From NCBI GenBank assembly GCA_003990765.1, contig RBNJ01000049.1, positions 1 to 46,961 of the forward strand: DNA of 46,961 nucleotides, written 5' to 3'. This document shows, piece after piece, positions 34,625-46,944 of this stretch. Within the stretch, counting starts at the first letter, position 1; each line of letters starts with the position of its first letter. The translations under genes and the position numbers were made by a program. This stretch comes from Jimgerdemannia flammicorona. Taxonomy: Eukaryota. Under the pieces are notes generated by a model. The model was not told the origin of the DNA. It made no database searches and saw nothing but the letters and a program-made list of their open reading frames with translations.

Positions 34625-34929
34625 CAGTATGTCTCATGATCAGCAGGAAATTTGTCTGGACCATTCTCTAAGGAATATGGTACCAGTAACTACTCATTCA
34701 TGAGACTTTCAAAGCCAGAGGAGTTTGAACTATCAACTGATTGGTCAAGATCAGAATTAGACCCTTGCTCTATATAAAGAGAGTGACCCTTCACCATCAT
34801 ACCAAAATACATAAAGAAGATGCCAGCTCATAAATACCACTTTTTGACCCCCTACCAGAGGTTATGAGATTAGCAAATTTTTCAGGACTGGACTAATGAA
34901 TAAGAATGTTCAAAAGAAGATTCTTATTC

Positions 34930-34939
34930 AGGAGGAAGA
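34930..34939 (+). promoter_or_regulatory. Polypurine tract
   Basis: AGGAGGAAGA immediately before TGTAAT of the 3' LTR. Confidence 0.8.
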
Positions 34940-36324
34940 TGTAATGGTGACCTCAGAATAATAACATTAGTACAGGAGACAGCCTTTCCTTACAAGTCAC
35001 CAGATTAGAGCACAAGAAGATCATATGGCATGACTCATCTAGACTACAAGATGAGTAATGATGACCAACTGTGAGTCATTGTGACCACAAGACAGACATC
35101 TTGAGAAATATAAAAAAAGGATCAAGAAACCACAGTAGTGGCAATCCAAATAAAGCTCACAGAAATAGTTCTAAAGACTTACTATAAACAAAATGTCTGC
35201 TGCTTGTCAAACCTCAAGGTCCAGGAACCACTAAGACCCCTCAGTCTAGGATAGTATGTTCCAAGACATCAAGAGAGCTATGGGGATCTATACAAGAAGG
35301 ACTCCTAGCCTCAATCTGGGTACTGATAACCCTTATCATTATATCCTCTACTACTATGAAATGGAAACAAGGATCACTATTGCTACTGAATACCTCTAGA
35401 TATGGCAGGAGTATGAAATAGGAAATCTCCTCTACCAGGAGTTCCCTCAGGCCAGTTCTCAGGAGATTCAAAATACCACCTCCATGGATATATATGAAAT
35501 AAAAACAGCAAAGAAGATGCATCAGATCTTCTGGCATACACCATAATTGATCCCCAACTTAGAGTACACTAGGATCTCAGACTTTAAGAAACTGTTAGCT
35601 CACCACACCAATACACTGGAGGCCATGGTGGCCACAGAGGCTCAGTCTACTATCACCCTTAATAATGATAAAGTAGAGGACTTCTGGTATCCCATCCTCC
35701 AGGACAACCCAGATCAATTCATGTGAGGATTGATCTCAGCATTCCAAGGCCCCAGTATCTAGGTTAGACTTTCCCAAGACCCCACATTTGTTCCTTATTT
35801 TGTAGAAGAGAATGTCATAGATTAGAGAGCCCCTGCTACTACTGAATAAGATGACATCACTCATGATGATGTCATTAGTGATGACATCATTCTACACAAC
35901 ATATGTAAAACATGCAAAATATGTGACATATGTGAAACAGATGAAACATTTGTGGACCTCATCTCCTTCAAAGACATCCTGTCTCCAACCTCTGGCCTTA
36001 ATAATAGTGATAAAGATGAAGCCCCCATAGTCCTGAATATTCTGCTTTAAGTTCTTAGTAATACTGAATTCTACCAACATCCTTTTTCTGTATAACTGTA
36101 ATTCTTCTGGTATTCTAATCTTGTGTAACTCAGAATTCTTCTGGTATCTTTTTTCTGTATTACCAAAATTCTACTGGTATCCTAAACTTATACAACTATT
36201 TGTATAGATACTTAAACTTATACTTACAACTGTAGTTTTCTGTATTTCAGTATTTTATTTGATTATTGGAATTTATATTTAGCTTTATAACTTAGCAACT
36301 ATTGAATTATATTTTATATAAATA
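34940..36324 (+). repeat. 3' LTR, truncated by the LINE E insertion
   Basis: Aligns with 27724-29075; homology stops after TATTTTATATAAATA. Confidence 0.9.
35193..36050 (+). pseudogene. Decayed ORF (~286 codons) of unknown function inside the LTR; second copy at ~27977-28810
   Basis: Single frame from AAACAAAATG (ATG 35193) to TAA 36050; most internal stops are TGG/CAG/CAA in the other LTR copy. Confidence 0.6.
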
Positions 36325-39300
36325 GGCAGCTCTCTCTGGTAACATTTAGGTTACACAACCTTTTGGCAATACTTTTGATATAGTTTCTGGAAAAAAGCTA
36401 CTAGTATCATAGCAACCAATGAGTATTCCAAGGTACATACTGGGCAGAATAGCCTGGGTGCATTTGACTGACAGTATGTGGGGAGGGGCCCTGGCTTGGG
36501 GAGAAGTATGAGGGGCCTACTGGTGGGAGGATATAGTAGGAGAGGAGGTAGTGCTAGAGGTCAGAGGACAGGGAGGGTGAGCTTTGTGGATAAGGTGAAG
36601 GGGGGTCAGCAGAGAGCTGAGATAGAGGGCTGGCTTAGGAGGGACAAGGAGATGGTAAAGACTACAGGGTAGCAGCCTCAAGGGGGAGTCTCTCTGGGGG
36701 GCCAGAGTAGTGAGGCTAGTGGTGTAGAAGCTGAGGGGGTGACTGCTGATGGGAGTGTGATGGGTGATCAAGAAAAAAATCTAGATGAGACTACTGATGG
36801 TAGACTGAGCAGTGAGAAAGGCATAAGGTCTAGTAATCTGGCAGATGGTGTAATGGGACTGGTGGTGGCACTGTTACTCAAGAAGTTGATCTTGGAGTTT
36901 ACAGTCACCTTGTGCTTCTAGGGCTTAGCAGTGACAGCAAAAATAGTCCTGGGGCTGATTGCTGAGCAGATGGCTAGAGTGGCATCTATAAAGTTCCTGA
37001 AGAGACTGGAAGGAGTAAAGATTGGCTTCAAGGAGACTGGACCATTGGAGGAGGCACTGAAGGCAGGGTTGATAGTTGGAGAGGTGTGTATTCTGATAGT
37101 ACACTACTTGAGGTGGGACCCCAGGGTGGTGTAATTGCTGGTGAAAGAAGTGCCCATGGTGACCACTGAGGAGATAAGGAGGAGAGTTGAGGAAGTCATA
37201 GTTGAGTATAGCGAGGTGGTCAATATTGGGTTCCAGGTCTAGAAGGAGACCTCATTCAGGACTAGAGATATTGATGTTCAAATCTGATTAGTAGGGAAGG
37301 AAGCTACCAGGAGGGCTAGGAACTGGCCTTCAGTGATGGTCTGGGGGGTTTTTTTGTGTAAGGTGATGAGGGTAAAGGGGAGTGAGGAGGAGGAGGAAGA
37401 TCTGCTAGAGGCACTGAAAGAGCTGAGCAGTACTGTGGAGTGGAGGGCTAAGGCTTAAAAGGTATATGTCAAGTCAATGCATTTGGAAGTGGTGGATGGA
37501 AATAGAATTTGGGTAGATAAGGGGTGGTAAAAAAGATCCCAAGAACACAAGAGGCAGAGAGGGCTGTTGGTGAAACTGGAAAGCAGGGCAAAGAAGAATG
37601 CTAATAGTGTTGAAATCATGGGGGGAGCCAAGGAGAGTGTCTGGGCCAGCAAGGATAGAGAGAATACAGAGAAGGGGCCAGGAGGGGGAGAGGAGGTGAA
37701 GGAAAATAACCCTTATGCAGATGATATCTTTGAGGTCTGAGAGCCATCCCTGACCCCTATGTTACTTATTAGACAAGATCCAGCTTTAAGGGGCAGAGTA
37801 GCAGAGGATGTGCCCATGTGGGGAGTCCAGAGAGTATACTTTAGAGTTTCTGAGGTGGTAAAGAGGGGGTAGGTGGTGGTGGTGGGCAAGGATGAGCTGG
37901 TGGATATTCAGAAAGAGAAGTGGAATAAGACTATGAGTATAGGGGCTGATATCTCAATGCTGGATAGAGGGCAGCCAGTGACTTCTGAGAGGAAGGAGGT
38001 GGAAAATCTACTATGGATATGCAAGATGATAAACAACTTTGCAGTGGAGGAGTTGGGGGAGGTAGATCTGTAAGTGATGAGTGATGAGTATTAAGCATGT
38101 ATCCTATATAGCAAGGGAGTAGTGGAGGTACTGAAGGTGGAGATCCTTGCAGTTTTCCTTGAGAAGGAAGGGTATGAGGTTGATAAGGAGAGGGAGACTG
38201 GGCTGGTGGTTGCTGCTAGTGAGAGGGCTGCTTTCTGTTGGGTGGAGCAGCATGGGTTGAAGCTCTGACAGGAGGCCTGTCTGGAATATCATGAAGAATT
38301 CAAGAAGGAGGATGGGGAGCTTATGGAACTTCTGGCTAGATTGGAGGCTAAGAGGGCTGAAGAGGAGGAGGAAGCTGCAGAACATGATCTGGACCTGGCT
38401 CAGGATGAGATAAACATGGAGCAGTAGAGGATATACTTACTATTATATATTATTCTTTATAAATAGTACAACCAATATTTTCTCTTTAAATGTGAATGGA
38501 CTCTAGGGTTCATTTTATCAATGGAATATTTTTGCTTAGCTGAAGAAATTGGAGGTCAATCTCTTTCTTTTGCAGGATGTCAGGTGTGAGGATAAACTGA
38601 AATGGACAAAGAAATAGAGAGAGGAGGCAGTTTGGAAGGGCAAGATTGGGATTCTGGTCAGGAAGAGCAGAGGGGAGGTATGGGATGTACAGAACTGGGG
38701 AGATAGGCTGGTCTGGGGTGAGTGGATTTGCACTAGTTGGGAACCAGTTATGGTCAGATCCTGCTACTGCTCGGTGATACAGGGTGAGCATATAGAGTGA
38801 GTGAAGGGTCTCCAGGAGGAAGGGACTCTGGTAGGGGCTGGAGTGGATGTGCTTGGTGGGGACTTTAATATGGTTAGAGATATACTATTGGATAGAACTG
38901 ATGAAGGGTGGGGGGCAGAGAGAAGGAGTGGAGGTCTGGAGACATGGAAAGAAGTAGAGAGGCTGAGTGCTTTGATGGATGCTAGCAGAGAGTTGTGGAG
39001 TGACAGAAGGGTGTATATATATTGGGTGAGTGGCCTGGGGATGAGAATTGACTAGATTTTGACAGCAGACTGCTGGGGTCTGGATGTTTGGGGGTCTCTG
39101 AAGGCAGAATGGTATCTGTGGTCTGATCATTGGGGACTGCTGGGACAGGGCCATTTTGGGGAGAGTGGAGATGGATCAGGACATTGGCACCTCAACTTCT
39201 CTCTGGTAGACAATAAGGTACTATGGAACAAGTGGGCTGAGGATATTCAGCAGAGGGTGGAGGGGTGGAAATGAGAAGGTGCCTTAGTTGACATTAGGTA

Positions 39301-40897
39301 GATAAGGCTGAAGGAGGCTGCTAGAGTCTATTGGAGGGAGGTAGGTATGGCAGCTGGGAGATAGAGGAGGAAGAAGAGGTTGTGGGCCTCTGCTAGATTG
39401 ATGAGGCTGTTGAAAGATTTGGTAGACTTGGTGGCCCTAGAGAGGGTGGAGAATTGGAGATTACTATGGGTGAAAAAGGGGGTTGTGGAGTTATAACAGA
39501 TATTGCAGGAGGAGGAGAAAGTACAGATACAGAGTATGGTAGTATGTCTACATTGACAGGGGCTGAAGAAAGGAGAGAGGTCCTCTAAGTTTCTCACAAG
39601 GGCCCTTCAGGCAAAGAGAATTCAGCAGAGGTGAGAAGGGGTTCTTGATTCTGAGGAGACATTGATGCATAGTATATAAGACATTCTCAGATCACTTATG
39701 GAGCAGTGGAGTGGCTTGTGGAGTGAGAAGGAGGGTGGGGCTAAAGATGCCACCATTGGTCTTACCTTAGAGGATTGGCACCTGCTATAGGCAGAAGGGC
39801 TGGGCAACCTAGTAATACTGGTGCAGGAGGAGGAGATTTACCAGGTTCTTATCACAACTATGCTAGATACAGCACCAGGTAAGGATGGCCTACCCTGGGC
39901 TTTCTGGAAGAAGATGGTAGATGTCCCCAGTGTGCTGGGAGAGCTGAGGGCACTCTCTGATTTGGTACTGTAGTCCAGAAGATGGATAGGAGAGCAGGAT
40001 CTGGGGCTGGTGGTGCTGCTGTATAAGAACAAGAGTAGGAGAGAGGACTGAAAGAACTGGAGGCTGATCATACTACTGAACATAGACAGGAAGTTAATTA
40101 CTAAGATGGTAGTAGCAAGGCTGCAGAAGGTGGTCCAGCAGGTCTTGGGGGTAGAGCAATGGGAATTTGTTAGAGGCCAACTTATTCAGAATGGTATGAC
40201 TTAGATATATAGTGTTATTGAAGGAGCATAGGCCTGTGGATTAGATGAGTGCCTGGTCTTCTTGGATCAGAAGAAGGCATATGACTGTGTTTGAAGGGTC
40301 TGGTTGGCAAAGGTACTAGATAGGATTAGAGTCTCTCAACAGTTCCGAGTAGCAATGGTCAGTCTACTGAAAGAGAGCAGGGCTGTACTCATGTGTAATG
40401 GGCATTGAGGGGTGGCTTTCCCTCTGGATAGGGGTGTTCTCCAGTGAGACCTGCTGTCTCCTATTTTGTATATACTCTCCTTGGAGCCCTTAATGAATAG
40501 GATTCAGCAGAAGATAGGAGGGCTTTTAGTTTATAGCATTGAGTGGAAAGTTGGTACTTTTGTAGATGATATGGTAGTCAGCCTGAGTTTGATTACCAAT
40601 GTTGAGAAGCTCAAGGAGACTATAGAGTAGTATGTATGAGGCACACTCTGGGGCTAAACTCAATTGACATAAGTGTGAAACAATGGTACTGGGTAATAGC
40701 CTGGTAGGGTGGGATGTCATTGAAACAATTGTCCCTGCTGGAGAGGCAGTAAGGTACTTGGGCATCTATCTGTCAATATATAGATCCATTCTTCCAAAAC
40801 TCTGATGGGAGCAGTAGGTGGGTATCTGGGGGGAGGCCTTGTAGAGCTGGGAAGGCTACCACTTGTCTCTAGTGGGGCATGTTTCCATCTTGAATAC
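36325..40897 (+). mobile_element. L1/Tx1-like LINE copy E, 5' end to late RT, interrupted by a gypsy insertion
   Basis: Collinear with copy D; GGDFN, SDH, APGKDGLPW, FVDD at ~40558; homology ends at TTGAATAC|TGTAAT. Confidence 0.92.
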
Positions 40898-42105
40898 TGT
40901 AATGTGCCTGGCTCAATAGAGGCAAATTACAAGGTTGGGGGTTAATGTAGTTTGGCTTAAGCCCTCAGTTACTTTGTCAAAAGTAACAAAATGTTCTAGG
41001 ATTCCTGAGGTCCTTAGTGTTTAGTAGTATAATTGTCAAAGCTGGATATCTGTGAGCAATTTATATATCAATTTCCTAATTGGGATGGTTCTTGGAGTGT
41101 AGTGGCAATTTGTAAATGGGTTTTCTTCTTGGGTCAACTGGGAATTAGTAGAATTTCATATATAGCATGAGTGGTTTCCTTCTTGAGTATTAGGCGATTT
41201 CTATATAGTACAGTGATCTCCTTATACATAATGGTCTGGCAATTTAGCAGTTTTCCTCATGCAATTTCTGCATGATGATCTCTGTATAGCATAATGATCT
41301 CCAAAGGTATGCAATTTCTGGTAGATAACTTGATTTAGGTGCAGCTTCTCTAAAATAGTAGCTTACTGAGAATTATACTAGTGGCAGATTCTTCTGCACT
41401 GGGCTTACTAAGAATAATAAATAACTTGGATAGCACAGATTCTTCCTGAATCAGCGGGCTCTTCTGGGAATATTGGATAACTCAAAAATAGTAGATGACA
41501 TGGATTCTTCTGAATTGGCAGACTTCAACTGAGAAATATAACTGACAGCTTTGGGAAAGGGTCTCTTAGCAAAGTTGCATCAAAGACTGGCTTTGTTTGT
41601 ACAAATAGATTCATTGTGAAGTTGTGTCAGAAACTGGCTTGAGCAAGGTAGCTTTCTCTTAGGTAGTGGAAAAGGCAGAAATCTTCAGGCTTATCTAGTA
41701 AGTGAACTAATAGTACAGCTTATTCCTTAAGTAGTGGGTCTTTAGTCTTAGTCTGGCAAGTATACCAATAATTCCAAAGGTGTCAAAGTTCTTCACTTGA
41801 ACTTGGTGGCAAAATCTTCAAGCTTTATATCGAAAAGTGGACCAGAGTGAGGAAATAAGCTTACAATCTCCTAGCAGTAGCTATAGAGTTTCTCTCGAAG
41901 TGTGGTAGGCAGACTTGTCTTTTGCTTCAATTTCAGACTGAGGTTTATTCACTCTTATCTCTGGGGTAATTTATAAATTGTGGTTGCTATTTGATTATTA
42001 TGTGGCTAACTATAGATTTGCTACTAATAGCAAGTGTGCAGATCTGGCATGGGTGTATAGGTCTTGTATAGGTGTATAGGTCTTATACAGATATACAGGT
42101 CTTAC

Positions 42106-42140
<35 letters not shown>

Positions 42141-42313
42141 TATACAGGTCTTACACAGGTATATCTTATCTGGTAGTCTAGCTATTTATACAGTTTTATA
42201 CAGTAATAGTTACTGGTTACTATGCTATATGTTTACATCATCTGGCTAAGTTACTAATTATTCATGTCATCTGGCTAAATTATAATTTGGATGATATATT
42301 TTGGTTTGTCACA
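40898..42313 (-). repeat. 3' LTR (~1.4 kb) of the third gypsy element
   Basis: Minus strand TGTGAC (42313)...ATTACA (40898), preceded by PPT-like TTTAGTGGGGGCTGA (42328-42314); only one copy in the window. Confidence 0.75.
42089..42155 (+). mobile_element. Poly(A)-only retroinsertion with 18-bp TSD
   Basis: AGATATACAGGTCTTACA at 42089-42106 and 42138-42155 flanks TT plus about 30 A. Confidence 0.75.
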
Positions 42314-45300
42314 TCAGCCCCCACTAAAGGATGGTCTGTCCACAGACTGTTCTTTAGTCATCATCCTAGTGTGGGTAAGCATCTTCTGCATCAATACCTG
42401 TTCTGTTATCTTCATCATCTGTACCATGATTGCTCCATTCCAAGGGTTCTTCTTCTTCTTCTGAGAACAGAATTTCAACAGCATTGATGATACTCAGATA
42501 GATGGTCAGATTCATTCTTTATACATTCTACCAGAAAAATTGTGCCTGTAATAAGACTGCAGAATTATATTTATAAAGAGTGTAGAGCCTGTCTGCAGCA
42601 GTGGCATCTCTTCTTGATAGTTCTGTGGTGCTTCAGATGTATATTTGTTCTGAGACTAGAAGGTTCTACAATTATTCTCTAATTATATAGTGGGTCTGAA
42701 GTTGATGGATCTGTAACAATCATCTGGCTAGGACAAGATTCTCTTGATGAATCTGAATTCTCTAGAGAGTGTTCCCATTGACTTCTCAAAATTGGAGTAG
42801 GGGAACTAGTAGTGATTGAAATGAGCTAAGGACAAGAGTCTGGAGGCAGTTGTCAGCTCTCTGATTCATGATGTAGGGGGAAGGTATATCTTGAGACAAT
42901 TGATATATACTGGTGTCCTCATAGTTCATCCATCCATGCCTCTTAAATAGATGCTGGTTCCTCTGATGTTGTGTACAAGATAAGATCCTTCTTATTTAGG
43001 CTCCAATTTGGTGACAAAGTTTGTTTCAATTATACTTCTCCAAACTAGTACTTGATCTCCAATCTTGATCTTCTGGTCCTTCTGTTTTTGATCATAGTAC
43101 TTCTTTTGTCTTTCTTGGGCTTTGGTAATCTGAACTCAGGTCTGATTACATAACTATTCTGCCTTCTTGAGGAGGTCTCCAAAATTCTCATGGTCAGCAG
43201 TTCTGGTTTTCTTGGCAAACATCATTTTGAATGGCTTTTGTTTGCAGGGGTATTCTGAATTTTCCATAGGATCTCAGATAAGTAAAGATTCCAGTTGGTA
43301 AGATTGATCTGGGAAAGTTCTTTCTTAATAGTCTGGTTCATTCTTTCTGTCATGCCATTGGTCTGTGGGTGATATGATGTAGTCCATTTGAGGTGGATCT
43401 TGTGAATTCAGGCATAACTTGTGATTATGTTGATGATGAATTCTGTGCCTCAGTTAGAGATAAGTTCTTCTGGGGGTCCATATCTGAGTGTGAGTCTATG
43501 GAGAAGGCCTACAATGGTCAAGGTATCTGCAATTTCCATTGGAAAAGTCTCAGGCCACTTGGTCAGGTGTTCCACAAATATAAGGATGTACTTGTTTCTT
43601 CTTAGTATAACTGGTAGGAGTCTAATTATATCTACTCTCCATCTCTGAAAGATGTTATCTGGTAGTGCAATTGGTTGCAATAGTGCTTAGTAGTTCTTCC
43701 TTCCTTAGTACTTCTGGCATATGTTACATTTCTTAAGTATGTCCCAGACTTATATTCTGAGGTTGGGCCAATATTGGTGTATTGTTTGTAGCTTTTCTTC
43801 TATATTCACTGTCCCTGGTGGGCTTTCTGATGTTCGTTTTGGATGAGATCTTCTTGTGCCTTAATAGTCTGAGGAGCTTTCTTTAGAGTGTAGTTCCTCA
43901 GGACACCCTTCTTCTAGTTCATTGGGGGTGGCAGGAAAGTACATCAACATTGTTGTGAGCTTTCTCTGCCTTGTGAATAATAGTGATTTGTAATCCTAAA
44001 GGATAAGGATCCAGTGGGCTAAGATTCCAGTAGATTCCTTATGGTTGAATAACCATTTGAGGGCTGAATGGTCAGTTATCAGAGTGAATCTTTTTCCAAT
44101 AAGATAGTGTTTGAACAGGGTAACTGCCTATATGACTGTAAGGCATTCCAATTTGGTACTGCCATAATTCATCTGCTGCTGATTGGTAGCTCAGCTTGCA
44201 TAAGCTATTATATGATATTGTTGGTCAGGTCCTTCTTGGGCTAGAACTGCTCTCAGGCTATCTTTGGAAGTATCTATATACAAGATGAATAGCTTCTGTA
44301 GATTGGGGCAGATGAGGATTGGTGCTGTGGTCATGTGGTTCTTAAGTTCCTTGAAGGCTTTTTCTTGTGACTCTGTCCATTTATAAGGTACTCCTTTCTT
44401 GAGAAGAATTCAGATTGGAGCAGCAATTTGGGCAAAGTCTTTGATAAACCTTCTGTAGTAGGATACTAGCATCAGGAATGATAGTATTTCCTTTGGGGTC
44501 TTGGGTACTGGCCAATTGTTGATCTTCTCAGTTTTCTTTGGGTCTATATGGGTTCCTTCTTTTGAAACTACAAATCCAAGGAATTCAAGTTTCTGTTTCC
44601 CAAAATAGCATTTCTTGGTATTGAGTCTCAAATAGTTCTTGTGAGTGAGCTTGAAGAATTCTTCTAAGTAGTGCAGATGTTCTTTGAAATTTGCTGAATA
44701 GATGTTGGAATCATCCATATATACAATTAAACAGTAGTAGATCAGGGGGGCATAAACTGAATTCATCATCCTCTGGAAGGTGGGGAGTATATTGCAAAGT
44801 CCAAAGGGTATTTAGAGGTATTCAAACAGTTTTTCTAGAGCAAGGAAGGCTGTCTTCTGAATGTCATTGGGGTCCATGGGGATTTCATAGAATCTTGCAA
44901 AAAGGTCCATACTGCTGAAGTATCTGGTATCTTGTAGCTGATCCAAAAGGTCATCAATTCTGGGCAGAGGATAGGTATCCTTTTCTGTAACTGAATTGAT
45001 TTTTCTATAATCTATACAGAGTATCCATCTTCCTTTCTTTGGTATAATAAGTATAGGGCTGGCCCAGAGACTGGTAGAGGGTTGGATAACTCCATTGTCT
45101 AAGAGTTCTTGAATGTGCTCCTTTTCAAATATTTTTAGGTGATGGGGTATTCTATAGGGTTTCTGCTGGATGGGTGTTGTATTTCCTGTATTGATGCTGT
45201 GGTAATATGATGGATTGTATGGCAGATTGCCATAATTGGTGGTAAAGATATCTTGATATTTGTTGAGGAGTTCTACTAGTTATTGCTTCTGCTGGGGTGT

Positions 45301-45740
45301 CAATTCTTCTCCAATGTTGGTGGAAGGTTTCACTGTCTCCTGGATCGCAGAGGGGTCTTTCCTTTCTTCTGGAACCTTTTGCCATTTTCTGATAAGTTTA
45401 GTTCATAAACTTCTCTATGGATTCAGCTGAGAAAAGGCACCAGATGTCCTATGATGGTTCCTTTTGGTAAGATGATAGTTTCCCAACTTTGGTTGGTTGC
45501 TCAGGAATATACTGAGTTTATCTTGTCAGAGAATGTGTGTCCTTCTATGTCCAGATGTGGGATATCTTCATTGGGTTGGAAGAAAAGATTTCTGAGGTCA
45601 GGTGGGACAAAGATTTCGAAGGTGGTTTGTTCTCCAGGCTCCAGGATGAGATTCTTATACAGTTTGACTGATTGGTGATATACTTGCTGGGGGATATTTC
45701 TCTTGAGGTAGTTGACTTGAAGGAGATGTACTTCCTTCTT

Positions 45741-46145
45741 ATCTGAACTTCTAAATCCTTTGGCTTGTCTTATTTCTTTAGTCAGTTCAGAGACTTTTTA
45801 TAATTGTGAGGTCTTGACCTTCATGAAGACTGCTTGGGCAATCTTCTGTCCTCTGATGATTCAGTGCCATTCTGTACTACTGTTGTATAGAATGACCTTG
45901 ATTTTGCCTATATATTCTGGGTCAATAGTTCCTCCTTCTACAGTTATTCCTTGTCTGGCAAGTTCAGATCTTGAGGTCAGTTGGATGTAAGCTTCTTGGG
46001 GTGGCTGCATGGCCAGTCTAGTTCTGATCATGAATGTTTTTCCAGACTTAATGGATTCATTCTCCAAACTGTGAAGATCATACCCTATATCTTCTGGGTG
46101 GGCTTTGGTTGGGAATTTGGCCTTAAGATGTAACAGAGCATACTG
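45741..46145 (-). pseudogene. dUTPase domain upstream of RT
   Basis: PTKAHPEDIGYDLHS...SRSELARQGITVEGGTIDPEYIGKIKVILYN...RIAQAV...KGFRSS. Confidence 0.92.
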
Positions 46146-46944
46146 GGCAATATCCTTGCTGAGTTCAGGCTATTCTAGGGCTGAAGCTCCACTAGCAGAG
46201 AGCCTCCAGACTCTGAGGTTGAGGTGTAACCATCTGGCTCCAGTAGAGAGGTCTTGGAGATAGTTGATTCCTCTTCTTCTTGTAGGGTCTAGGGCTTCTA
46301 TGAAGTTGGTGGCATCCTCTACCCATCCTTGGTGAGTTGTATGTCTGATGAGAGCTAGGATGTCTTCTCCTAGATTGTAGATCTTGAGGATCCTTCTTTC
46401 TGGCTTCTTGGTCTGGCTTTTTCAAATCTGGCCTCTGTTATCTTCTCTCTTCAGAGTGTGGATCACAACATTATGACTGAGGTGAATCTTCTGATATTTG
46501 CAATCTCAGCAGTCTAGATGTTTTTCATGGTTACAATATTCCATTGCTTGAAAATGCTGTTTCTGGTTATTGATCTCTTATTGTCTCAGGAATTGGTATC
46601 CATCTTCATCATAAGTTGAGGGCAGAGTAAATAGGGAGTATATTTCTGTTTGGGTGAAGAAACCTTGTCCTCTGAATCAGCTTTGCAATCTGGTGGTGAT
46701 TTCTTGAAAGATAGTTGACTGTGCAACTATAGTTAGGAGTTCTGATCTTTGGGGCCTCTGTCTTTCCTATTGGTCCAGTAGATAGCATTGGTAGCAGTAG
46801 TTTCAGAGAGAGTGGAAGGTTATTTGGTATAGACATCTTCTTAGCTGAAAAGCTCTTTCTTGGTGAGTTTCTTTCTTGGGAATAATGGGGATTATGCTGG
46901 ATCCTTCTTCTATATTCCAAGGGTCATTATTCTTGAGTAGTGTC

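Larger units (their letters stand above)
27724..36324 (+). mobile_element. Ty3/gypsy LTR retrotransposon with dUTPase; 3' LTR interrupted by LINE E
   Basis: LTR - PBS - gag - PR - dUTPase - RT - RNase H - IN - PPT - LTR, all recognisable in that order. Confidence 0.95.
40898..46944 (-). mobile_element. Ty3/gypsy LTR retrotransposon with dUTPase (3' LTR to protease end)
   Basis: Minus strand: dUTPase 46145-45741, RT VYMDD ~44721-44710, FLMLVSYYRRFI, RNase H ITDHSALKWL, integrase FQRWRVDII...LTKWPE, PPT, LTR. Confidence 0.93.
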
